Assembly (NCBI GenBank): GCA_964419775.1 | Contig: CAYQRF010000001.1 | Coordinates: forward strand, 3,985-67,984 | DNA length: 64,000 nucleotides | Origin: an uncultured Rikenellaceae bacterium | GTDB taxonomy: Bacteria; Bacteroidota; Bacteroidia; Bacteroidales; VadinHA17 | Direction of reading: 5' to 3' | Part shown: positions 47,278 to 55,484 of the stretch, in pieces | Layout of the letters: each line of letters begins with the position of its first letter | Numbering within the stretch: position 1 is the first letter of the stretch | Made by a program: the position numbers and the translations under genes | The notes under the pieces: generated by a model | The model's input: only the letters and a program-made list of their open reading frames with translations | Database searches by the model: none | Told to the model about the DNA's origin: nothing

Positions 47278-48591
47278 GTGACAACGAAAACCACATTTAA
47301 AATCTCTGGATTCTGCATTTTTTTAATCTTCACCACGCTCTGTCTTACTTCCTGCAAGAAAGACCCTGTTCCTCCTGTTGTATCAACATCTGATGTTTCA
47401 GCAATCACCCAGACAGATGCAATGTCAGGCGGCATTGTAACCGGTGATGAAGGAGCTGAGGTAATTGAGAGGGGTGTGTGCTGGAACACTTCCGGGAATC
47501 CAACCGTTTCAAACTGCAAAACCTCAGATGGAACAGGTATTGGAACGTTTACCAGCATCCTCACTCAGCTGACTCCCGAAACCAAATATTATGTGAGGGC
47601 ATATGCAACAAATGAATCGGGTACCGGCTATGGGAGCCAGCAGTCGTTTAACACAAGCGAGATAATGCTTGCCACGGTGACAACAGATGATATTACATCA
47701 ATTACACAGACAACTGCAGTTTCGGGGGGTAATATAACCTCCGGCGGGGGAGCTACGATCACATCAAAAGGTGTTTGCTGGAGTACAAACCAGAATCCGA
47801 CTGTTGCAGACAGCAGAACAACGGATTATTCGGGAACCGGTATTTTCACAAGCAATTTAACAGGACTGACTGCCGGTACTCAATATTATGTTCGTGCCTA
47901 TACAACAAACAGTGCAGGAACAGCTTATGGAACTCAGAAGGACTTTACCACTGCTGCAGAGGTGAGTGCAATAGTATTCAATCCTTCTTTAACATATGGT
48001 ACTGTTTCTGATATTGAGGGGAATACATATAAAACAATTCGGATCGGAACACAAACCTGGATGGCAGAAAACCTTAAAACAACCAAATACAATGACGGAA
48101 CGGCGATACCATGTGTAACAGAAAGTACGGTCTGGAAGAATCTTATTACTCCGGGGTATTGCTGGTATAACAACGATATCGGTTTCAAGACAGTATATGG
48201 TGCTTTATATAATTGGTATGCAGCCAGTTCTGGTAAATTATGCCCGACAGGCTGGCACGTGCTTAATGAAACTGATTATATGCTTTTAGAAACCTCTGTG
48301 GGGAGTGCCGGCACAGCAGGCGGCAAAATGAAAGAAACCGGCACCTCCCATTGGCTGGAGCCTAATGCCGGTGCTGACAACGAATCTGGATTTACCGGTC
48401 TGCCCGGCGGCCGCCGGAGATATGATGCTGTATTCATCGGCATGGGAAATCTTGGATATTTCTGGTCGTCCAGTGAAGACTGTGATGCTGGCTATGCATT
48501 AATGGGAATACTTCATTATAATTCTACTCAAATTGAAGGAGCAGCCTATTCGCTGTCTAATGGCATGTCGGTCCGCTGTGTAAAGGATTAA
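47278..48591 (+). CDS. lipoprotein with two ~90-aa tandem domains and a C-terminal FISUMP (Fibrobacter succinogenes major paralogous) domain
   Basis: GTG start, lipobox LTSC, internal repeat (VCWNTSGNPTV.../VCWSTNQNPTV...), and FISUMP hallmarks QTWMAENL, YGALYNWYAA, CPTGWHV, GYFWSSSE, SVRCVKD. Confidence 0.75.
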   Translation: MTTKTTFKISGFCIFLIFTTLCLTSCKKDPVPPVVSTSDVSAITQTDAMSGGIVTGDEGAEVIERGVCWNTSGNPTVSNCKTSDGTGIGTFTSILTQLTPETKYYVRAYATNESGTGYGSQQSFNTSEIMLATVTTDDITSITQTTAVSGGNITSGGGATITSKGVCWSTNQNPTVADSRTTDYSGTGIFTSNLTGLTAGTQYYVRAYTTNSAGTAYGTQKDFTTAAEVSAIVFNPSLTYGTVSDIEGNTYKTIRIGTQTWMAENLKTTKYNDGTAIPCVTESTVWKNLITPGYCWYNNDIGFKTVYGALYNWYAASSGKLCPTGWHVLNETDYMLLETSVGSAGTAGGKMKETGTSHWLEPNAGADNESGFTGLPGGRRRYDAVFIGMGNLGYFWSSSEDCDAGYALMGILHYNSTQIEGAAYSLSNGMSVRCVKD

Positions 48592-48641
48592 ATTTATGAA
48601 AAAGGATTTATCAGAAGAATTTCGCAAATCCATTACGACAC

Positions 48642-48667
48642 ACAGGCTTGTGAAAGGGCAAGCCTGT
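48642..48667 (+). terminator. hairpin downstream of the FISUMP gene
   Basis: ACAGGCTTG-TGAAAGGG-CAAGCCTGT forms a perfect 9 bp stem with a weak T tract. Confidence 0.4.
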
Positions 48668-48690
48668 TATCTGTAGGTTTAGGTTATGGG

Positions 48691-48720
48691 AGAAAAGTGA
48701 AGCCAGTGCTTCACTTTTCT
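48691..48720. terminator. hairpin AGAAAAGTGAAG-CCAGTG-CTTCACTTTTCT (possible bidirectional terminator)
   Basis: Perfect 12 bp stem with A/T-rich ends. Core GTGAAG-N6-CTTCAC is shared with 50962-50987. Confidence 0.5.
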
Positions 48721-48753
48721 GTTAAAATCAGGATTGAAATATGTCAATGAATA

Positions 48754-49212
48754 GGGATTCAACCCGCTCCGGGGTTGACACCACATTGTGCCATTTACCC
48801 CGGATGGGACCGGGGTTATTGGATTTAAAGCCCTCCGGGCTTTCTTTTCTAAGCCGTCATCTTACCCCAATTGAGACCTGGATTCTTGGGTTAAGAGCCC
48901 TCCAGGCTTTCCCTTTTTGCCGTCATCTTACCACGAATGATATCAGGGTTCTTGGGTTTGAAGCCCACCGGAGCTTTCCCTTTTTGCCGTCATCTTACCC
49001 CAAATAAGACCGTGGTCATTGGCTTTGAAGCCCCCCAGGCTTTAGTTTTTATGCTGTATTTACCCCGGATGGAATCCTGATTATTGATTTTAATGCCTCC
49101 CGTAATATTATTCCCGATAATAAACCGCTGAGCGGTTTAAATCCAATAACCGCAGTTTCATCTGCGGTAAAGTAGATACCATGAATGCCAACCCCGGAGC
49201 GGGTTGAATTCC
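48754..49212. repeat. element bounded by perfect 21-bp inverted repeats containing five ~65-67-bp direct repeat units
   Basis: IR ATTCAACCCGCTCCGGGGTTG at 48757-48777 and its exact reverse complement at 49189-49209. TTACC anchors at 48795, 48862, 48928, 48995 and 49060. Units 1-4 end in a hairpin plus T tract. Confidence 0.85.
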
Positions 49213-49273
49213 AGCAATTTTAGTCCCGATTTGAGATCCGATATATTTCCTTGTTAGAATTTTCTGCAGCTTC

Positions 49274-49372
49274 CTGCAACATAATTTAAGGCTTTGACCT
49301 AATATTTAAACAAATTGAAATATAGTTGCTATATACCCCTTCCTGTTTAGACCGAACTTTATATCAGTAAGC
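49274..49372 (+). promoter_or_regulatory. conserved 99-bp leader, copy B
   Basis: See copy A. Lies 36 nt upstream of ATG 49408. Confidence 0.7.
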
Positions 49373-49407
49373 ACCAGTTAAAACAAGTTTCACTTAAATA
49401 TGCGACT

Positions 49408-50862
49408 ATGAAGACAATTAAAAACCTTTTCTTAATCGTTGGGCTTACAGGATTAATGTTTTCCTGCACCAAGTCGGATCAGCCTGATTTTGATATTTCA
49501 GGTATGTCCGCGAAGAATCTTAATAGCAATTCAATGATAAATAATGGAATTTTTATCGTTGAACCCGGCGGCATTGACGATACACCGGCCATTTGCCAGG
49601 CATTTGACGATGCCAAAGCTGCCGGTCCTGGCTCGGTGGTACAGCTCCTTGCCGGAGAATATTACCTGGGACTAATGGAAGTCCGCGATTTCTGCGGGGT
49701 CTTTAAAGGCGCAGGAAAAGGTAAAACAATCATAACTGTGTTGAATAACCTTGACCTGCAAAGTTTATGGAATAAAGGCCAGCGAGGCGATCTTGTGAAA
49801 TTTGTAGGAGGTGATGTGTGCATGAGGGACTTCACCATCCGCACTCCTGAGGGAAGGCTGTCTGTCACCGGACCTGCAAACGGGATAATCGGCAGCCTGA
49901 TTAATTTTTCAGCCTGCAACGCACAGTATGAACGCGGGAACACTGCTCGTTCAATAAACGTTGTCATTGACAATGTTTCATTCAAGGGGCAACTTCTGGA
50001 TGGAGGCTATGGTTATGTAAAAAACTACAACTGCGCAATGGGAGTAAGAGCAGGCTGGGATGAGCCATGGGGAACCGGTCTTCCCAGGGAAAAAATCAAT
50101 TTTAAAATCACCAATTCGGACTTTAGTACATTCTGCTATGGCCTGGTGCTTGAAAGTATGACGGATAGCAGGATTATTGTTGGGGAAAAGAACAGGGGGA
50201 ATATTTTCAACAACCTCGATCAGACTGGCGGAGTGTGGGAAAGCAGGAACATGGAAGTCAGCATTGAGGGAAATATTTTCAATGTTCCTGAGTTCAGCTG
50301 GGGTCTTGATCTGGATGACTATTGGCACTACGCCGGAACATTAAAAGATGAGCCACAGACTAAGGCTATGATTTTCAATATCCAGAATAATGTTTTTAAC
50401 CTGGATCATTCGGAATATGCATTCATGGTGAGAAATTTGCGCCGTCGGGATTATCCTGCCGAACCCTATGCCCTCTACCAGGTAAGAAACAACCTGTTTA
50501 CCATGTCTGACGGCTATCCATGGGCTGTCTATGGAGTCAGAACAAAAGGAATGGTAATCCGCAATAACAGATTCAGCGGGTTTGGCGATATAGCACTTGT
50601 CCTGACAACAAGTGAGAACGGCCTGATACTTGGTAACAACTTTTCAACCGCTGAATTTGCTTCGGCAGCTGTCTATCTTTACCCGACAACCAAAGACTGG
50701 ACAATCGTTGGAGGAAGTATTGCCGACCAGGTGATTGATCTGGGAACAAACAATATAATTACAGGATTTAATGTAAATAATTCCGAAGCTCCGTTTGGCC
50801 GAACCATCGTTGACAATCTCAAAACGATGAAAGAGGCCTTGCAGGAATTGAAGGACAATTAG
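49408..50862 (+). CDS. lipoprotein with right-handed parallel beta-helix repeats
   Basis: Lipobox MFSC. Periodic N-N-x-F repeats (IEGNIFN, IQNNVFN, VRNNLF, IRNNRFSG, ILGNNFS). Confidence 0.6.
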   Translation: MKTIKNLFLIVGLTGLMFSCTKSDQPDFDISGMSAKNLNSNSMINNGIFIVEPGGIDDTPAICQAFDDAKAAGPGSVVQLLAGEYYLGLMEVRDFCGVFKGAGKGKTIITVLNNLDLQSLWNKGQRGDLVKFVGGDVCMRDFTIRTPEGRLSVTGPANGIIGSLINFSACNAQYERGNTARSINVVIDNVSFKGQLLDGGYGYVKNYNCAMGVRAGWDEPWGTGLPREKINFKITNSDFSTFCYGLVLESMTDSRIIVGEKNRGNIFNNLDQTGGVWESRNMEVSIEGNIFNVPEFSWGLDLDDYWHYAGTLKDEPQTKAMIFNIQNNVFNLDHSEYAFMVRNLRRRDYPAEPYALYQVRNNLFTMSDGYPWAVYGVRTKGMVIRNNRFSGFGDIALVLTTSENGLILGNNFSTAEFASAAVYLYPTTKDWTIVGGSIADQVIDLGTNNIITGFNVNNSEAPFGRTIVDNLKTMKEALQELKDN

Positions 50863-50961
50863 AATCAATTATCCTGACCGGCCTGGGAGAAAGCAGAAAA
50901 ATATGCCAGCCACGGGCATATATCACCGGTCATTATGTTCTGGGTTAAAAAGGATTAAATC

Positions 50962-50995
50962 AGAAGTGAAGTGCAGGCTTCACTTCTTCATTTTA
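50962..50995 (+). terminator. terminator downstream of the beta-helix gene
   Basis: AGAAGTGAAG-TGCAGG-CTTCACTTCT forms a 10 bp stem, then TCATTTT. Confidence 0.6.
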
Positions 50996-51066
50996 ACCTC
51001 CCGGGAATCAGGTCAGCTCTTATTTTTTCAAATCTTTGAATATCTTTACCATGTCGAAACTTTAAA

Positions 51067-52431
51067 ATGATTACAGATATGAAAAGATCAGGCCTCATTC
51101 TTGCTGTTCTGACGTTAATTGCGATGACAGCATGTTCCGAAAAGGAACCATGGACAAACCTTATTAAAAAAGATCTTTCAGCGTGGGAACAGCTGAACGG
51201 GACTGCACCGTTCAAGCTTGAGGACGGAGTTGTGACAGGTACAACGGTTACCGCTTCTCCGAATTCATTTTTATGCACTAAGGAAAAATACGGTGATTTC
51301 ATCCTTGAATTTGAAACATGGTTCGATCCGCAAATGAACTCAGGTGTCCAGATAAGGAGCGAAAGCAGGGCTGATTACATGGATGGCAGGGTTCACGGTT
51401 ACCAGGTTGAAATGGATCCTTCGCCCCGCGCATGGTCGGGAGGGATATATGATGAGGCCAGGAGAGGATGGCTTTACACTCTCGACCTTAATCCCGAAGG
51501 ACAGAAAGCCCTGAAAGTTGGCGAATGGAATCACTACAGGGTGGAAGCAACAGGCAATTCAATAAGGACCTGGGTAAACGGGATTCCCTGCGCCGATCTC
51601 ATCGACGATATGACACCGGCAGGCTTCATCGCCCTTCAGGTTCACTCGATAGGAAATGATTCAACCAGGGCCGGTCTCGAGGTGAAATGGAGGAATATCC
51701 GAATAATGACTGAGGAACTGGAAAAGTACAGGCACCCTGATACAAAGGATATACCGCAGACAAACTACCTCACCAATGTTCTTTCCGAACGCGAAACCGA
51801 GGAAGGATGGAAACTCCTGTTCGACGGAAAGACTTCGGCAGGATGGATCAATGCCAGAACCGGAAATTTTCCTGAAAACGGTTGGGAAATAACCGACGGA
51901 ACACTCACTTTAAATCCGGAAGCAAAACAGCCGGGCGGAGGAGGTGATATTGTCACAACTGAAAAATTCAGGAACTTCGAATTATCTGTCGACTTCAGGT
52001 ATGCCAAAGGCGGAAACAGCGGTATAAAATACTTCATCGACACAGAGAAGGATAATGGAGCGCTTGCTTCAATCGGTTGCGAGTATCAGATACTTGACGA
52101 CCGTAATCACCCTGATGCCTTACTGGGAATGGAAGGCACCCGCACCCTTGCAGGGCTGTATGATCTCATAGCTCCGAAGAACAAGAGGGACAACGGTTTC
52201 GACCAGTGGAGCAGGGCGGTCATCATCGTCAACGGGAACAAGGTTCAGCACTGGCTCAACGGTTTCATGACCGTAGAGTACGAAAGAGGCACTGACGAAT
52301 GGAAAAAAGTGGTGGCTGCAAGCAAGTTCAGCAAGGTGAAGGGATTTGCCGAAACTGAGGAAGGAAGGATACTGCTGCAGGATCACGGCGACAGGGTGTG
52401 GTTTAAAAACATAAAGATCAGGGAATTCTGA
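51067..52431 (+). CDS. lipoprotein with two DUF1080 (3-keto-disaccharide-hydrolase-like) domains
   Basis: Two copies of the DUF1080 pattern (WNHYRVEATGNSIRTWVNG...ALQVHS; ...VQHWLNG...ILLQDHGDRVWFKNIKIREF). Confidence 0.7.
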   Translation: MITDMKRSGLILAVLTLIAMTACSEKEPWTNLIKKDLSAWEQLNGTAPFKLEDGVVTGTTVTASPNSFLCTKEKYGDFILEFETWFDPQMNSGVQIRSESRADYMDGRVHGYQVEMDPSPRAWSGGIYDEARRGWLYTLDLNPEGQKALKVGEWNHYRVEATGNSIRTWVNGIPCADLIDDMTPAGFIALQVHSIGNDSTRAGLEVKWRNIRIMTEELEKYRHPDTKDIPQTNYLTNVLSERETEEGWKLLFDGKTSAGWINARTGNFPENGWEITDGTLTLNPEAKQPGGGGDIVTTEKFRNFELSVDFRYAKGGNSGIKYFIDTEKDNGALASIGCEYQILDDRNHPDALLGMEGTRTLAGLYDLIAPKNKRDNGFDQWSRAVIIVNGNKVQHWLNGFMTVEYERGTDEWKKVVAASKFSKVKGFAETEEGRILLQDHGDRVWFKNIKIREF

Positions 52432-52505
52432 TATTCCTCATTGCTGCGGACTTCCGGCGCAACCAGGAACGACATCGCCGCCGGCAGGATATTGAAAATC
52501 AGGGG

Positions 52506-52539
52506 AACCGGCTCCGGATTGAGCGGTTGAATCTTTTTT
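52506..52539 (+). terminator. candidate terminator after the DUF1080 gene
   Basis: AACCG(G)CTC-CGGATT-GAGCGGTT, then GAATCTTTTTT. Confidence 0.45.
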
Positions 52540-52578
52540 ATACCTTTGACCCTGAAAAGAAATGTAAAAATTACAGCC

Positions 52579-52989
52579 ATGCAAAAACTTGCTTCGCTTT
52601 TTATAATCGTCACACTGGCCCTTACATATTCATGCAAAGAGGATGAATCGGACAGGTTCAAATTCCTTACCGGTACGGTATGGACACCGGAGAGCCTGCT
52701 TGCCAATGGTGTGGATGCCACAGGACCAGGCGGACTGCTTGAAGGTTTTGTCGGCGACGCTAAATTCAATGAAGACGGAACAGGCACCTTCGGTACCTAT
52801 ACCGGTGAGTGGATGTTTGCCGCTGCAGAGGAAAAGCTTGTGATAACCACTACATCACTTCCCATATCGGTAACACTGACAATCACGGAGCTTACAGCAA
52901 CATCTCTCAAGCTTCAGGGAAGCTTCCCCGATCCGCAGAACCTTACCGGTCCGGCAATCAATATTGAGATGACATTCAGGGCAAAATGA
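52579..52989 (+). CDS. small lipoprotein (lipocalin-like?)
   Basis: ATG 52579 gives MQKLASLFIIVTLALTYSCKEDE (lipobox). Stop overlaps the TBDR start. Fold assignment is weak. Confidence 0.45.
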   Translation: MQKLASLFIIVTLALTYSCKEDESDRFKFLTGTVWTPESLLANGVDATGPGGLLEGFVGDAKFNEDGTGTFGTYTGEWMFAAAEEKLVITTTSLPISVTLTITELTATSLKLQGSFPDPQNLTGPAINIEMTFRAK

Positions 52990-55235
52990 TCCGTAGCTTA
53001 ATTGCGGCATTATTTCTCATTATCGCTGCGGTCCCGGGCAAAGCCCAGACAAGGGTAACCGTAAGCGGAACCATAACAGACTTCCGTACAGGAGAACCTC
53101 TTGCCGGAGTGTATGTCGTTTACGGCAGGCAGCTTGGAACCATTAGCGACGAAAAGGGATTTTATTCCTTCAGCACTGATGAAAGAAGGGTATCGGTTTC
53201 ATTTCAGTTCATCGGCTACGAACCCGCCATCAGGGAGATCAATTTAAGCCATGGAGAACCGGTGAGGCTTGACATCGGAATGGAGATGAAGCTTCGTGAG
53301 ATCGACCAGATTGTTGTAAGCGCCGACAGGATTGAAAAAAGGGTGGCGGAGCTTTCTGTTTCGATGAATGTGGTTAAACCATCAGTCATCTCACAAAACC
53401 ATATTACAGAGATTCAGGAGCTGATCAACAAGGTACCCGGGATCGAGATCATGGACGGTCAGGCCTCCATCAGGGGAGGCAGCGGATTCAGTTACGGGGC
53501 AGGAAGCCGGGTACTGGCTCTTATCGACGGTCTGCCAATGCTGTCGGCTGATGCAGGAAACATAAAATGGCAATACCTGCCTCTTGAAAACCTGGCCCAG
53601 ATAGAAATTATTAAAGGAGCCTCATCAGTTCTTTACGGCTCGTCGGCGCTGAATGGAATAATCAATTTCAGGACGGCTGATGCGGACAATATCCCGGTCA
53701 CGCAATTCCATACCGAAGCAGGTGTTTACGGGAAACCGCAGAACAGGGACTGGATCTGGTGGGATACACCCAGGGTCTTTTCAAGTGTTTCATTTTCGCA
53801 CCTCAGGAAAGAAGGGAATACAGATATAGGTGTTGGAGCCAATATATTCATCGATGAAGGATACAGAAGACTCAACGGGGAGAAGCTTGCAAGGGCAAAC
53901 CTGAAGATCAGGCATAACAGCTCAAAGATTGAAGGTCTTGGTTATGGTGTTGCGCTGAATGCCGGATTCAACGCGAAGAAGGATTTTGTACTATGGGAGG
54001 ATGCCGAAACCGGGGCGCTTAAGCAATCGCCGTCGACGGCCAACGAGTATAACGGTACTTTCCTTACAGTCGACCCCTTTGTCTCTTACAAAAAAACAGG
54101 ACGTTTCAGGCACGATCTCAGGCTGAGATACCAGTCGACCCTCAACAGGCTTCCTGATAGTGAACAGAACAACAGCGATGCCAATTCCCTTTATGCCGAA
54201 TACCAGCTCTGGTACAGACTGCATGAAATTGTTGATTTGACCGCGGGCCTTTCAGAAAATTACAGCGTGGTAAAATCAAATTTCTTCGGCGACCACTCGG
54301 GATTTAACATGGCAGCTTTCACTCAGGTTGAAGTCAGGCCTCTCAACCGGCTCAAGGCTGTTGCCGGTGTCAGACTGGAAAACTATTCGCTCGACGGCAC
54401 CGACAACGAACTGGTACCGATACTAAGGGCAGGACTGAACTGGCGGGCTGCGGAAATGACTTTCCTCAGGGCTTCATTCGGACAGGGTTACCGTTATCCC
54501 TCAATGGCAGAGAAATTTGCAGCAACAACAATCGGATCAATAAGGATAATAGCGAACCCCGGCATCCTTTCTGAATCGGGATGGAGCACCGAAGCAGGAA
54601 TAAAGCAAGGTATCCTCCTGGGAAACATTACAGGGCAGGCTGATTTCTCGGCTTTCCTGATACAGAACTCCAACATGATTGAATACATGTTCGGGGCGTA
54701 TCCGGAAGGATTCGGGTTCATGGCAACAAACGTTGAACAATCAAGAGTCTATGGGCTCGAGGCGGAACTGCTTCTTTCAAGGACCTTCGGGGAAATCAGT
54801 GCAGCTTTATCGGGAGGCTACACATTCATGTATCCTGTCGAATATAACAAATACACCCGGCAGAATACAGATACTTATTTGAAATACAGGAGAAAACACT
54901 CGGGTATTGTCTCCCTCGACGCTCAAAGGAAGAGAGCAAGCTTCGGGCTTAGCCTCTATCTGCGGTCGAAGATCCTCAATATTGATGAAGTGTTTATTAC
55001 CACCCCCATTCTGCCGGGTTTCGGTGGGTACTGGGCACAACATAACGAAGGCTATGCTACCATTGACGGGAACATTGGCTACCTGCTCAGTGAAAAATTC
55101 ACCTTGTCATTTGCTGTTAAGAATATAACAAACACCGAGTATATGGGCAGGCCGGGTGACATTCAGCCGCAGAGGAGTTTCAGCATCAGGTTTTCGGGAA
55201 AGATACGGCCAGCAGGATACAGCGATGAAGGATAA
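52986..55235 (+). CDS. TonB-dependent receptor (CarboxypepD_reg + plug + barrel)
   Basis: N-terminal VSGTITDFRTGEPLAGVYV, plug motifs (IEIIKGASSVLYGSSALNGIINF), 749 aa. Confidence 0.85.
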   Translation: MIRSLIAALFLIIAAVPGKAQTRVTVSGTITDFRTGEPLAGVYVVYGRQLGTISDEKGFYSFSTDERRVSVSFQFIGYEPAIREINLSHGEPVRLDIGMEMKLREIDQIVVSADRIEKRVAELSVSMNVVKPSVISQNHITEIQELINKVPGIEIMDGQASIRGGSGFSYGAGSRVLALIDGLPMLSADAGNIKWQYLPLENLAQIEIIKGASSVLYGSSALNGIINFRTADADNIPVTQFHTEAGVYGKPQNRDWIWWDTPRVFSSVSFSHLRKEGNTDIGVGANIFIDEGYRRLNGEKLARANLKIRHNSSKIEGLGYGVALNAGFNAKKDFVLWEDAETGALKQSPSTANEYNGTFLTVDPFVSYKKTGRFRHDLRLRYQSTLNRLPDSEQNNSDANSLYAEYQLWYRLHEIVDLTAGLSENYSVVKSNFFGDHSGFNMAAFTQVEVRPLNRLKAVAGVRLENYSLDGTDNELVPILRAGLNWRAAEMTFLRASFGQGYRYPSMAEKFAATTIGSIRIIANPGILSESGWSTEAGIKQGILLGNITGQADFSAFLIQNSNMIEYMFGAYPEGFGFMATNVEQSRVYGLEAELLLSRTFGEISAALSGGYTFMYPVEYNKYTRQNTDTYLKYRRKHSGIVSLDAQRKRASFGLSLYLRSKILNIDEVFITTPILPGFGGYWAQHNEGYATIDGNIGYLLSEKFTLSFAVKNITNTEYMGRPGDIQPQRSFSIRFSGKIRPAGYSDEG

Positions 55236-55336
55236 TGCAAATCAGGTATCAGGCCCATGCAAAAAAAGTTCAATTTTCGAACAGCGTTTAAAATCCATTA
55301 CAATTGATTAGATATCAGTATGGTATTTTAGACTTA

Positions 55337-55367
55337 TTTGGATGATTCAAATATTTTCATACATTTG
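55337..55367 (+). promoter_or_regulatory. candidate promoter (-33 TTTG 55337-55340; -7 TACATTTG 55360-55367)
   Basis: Consensus boxes with 19-nt spacing, about 117 nt upstream of ATG 55485. Confidence 0.5.
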
Positions 55368-55484
55368 CGCTTCATTTGTTCTTTGAATCATTTGATTTTA
55401 ATATTAACGCAGAAAAAAGGGAACATGAGCCATGCTTGCTATAAGAAGCGGGCAATTCCCAAGTTTTAACCTAAAATTTACCCT

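Noticed and set aside
48595-48675. 26-codon ORF MKKDLSEEFRKSITTHRLVKGQACYL just after the FISUMP gene
   Set aside because: It overlaps a hairpin and has no supporting signal or paralogue. It is most likely part of the 3' UTR.
48757-48777. tRNA fragment or T-arm (GCGGGTTGAATCCC-like) as an integration-site remnant
   Set aside because: Only a 3-bp T-stem can be drawn. There is no acceptor or anticodon arm and no integrase nearby.
48741-49007. 88-aa ORF (MSMNRDSTRSGVDTT...) from the ORF track
   Set aside because: Its periodic sequence simply mirrors the 67-bp DNA repeats. It has no credible start context and a composition unlike real proteins.
48788-49118. Possible CRISPR array, suggested by the regular ~66-bp periodicity
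   Set aside because: The units are contiguous, diverged copies of one another with no unique spacers between conserved repeats. No cas genes or leader are present. It is better described as a tandem repeat.
50875-50958. Remnant of a FISUMP gene 3' end after the beta-helix gene (shared AAGGATTAAAT, reading ...VKKD*)
   Set aside because: Similarity is limited to about 11 nt and four codons. The upstream translated sequence (PAWEKAEKYASHGHISPVIMFW) does not resemble the FISUMP C-terminus.
52432-52578. Cobalamin riboswitch upstream of the lipoprotein/TBDR pair (AATCAGGGGAACCGG resembles part of the B12 core)
   Set aside because: The region is too short. It lacks the B12 box (GCCACTG-like) and the multi-stem architecture, and the hairpin plus T-run is better read as the terminator of the DUF1080 gene.
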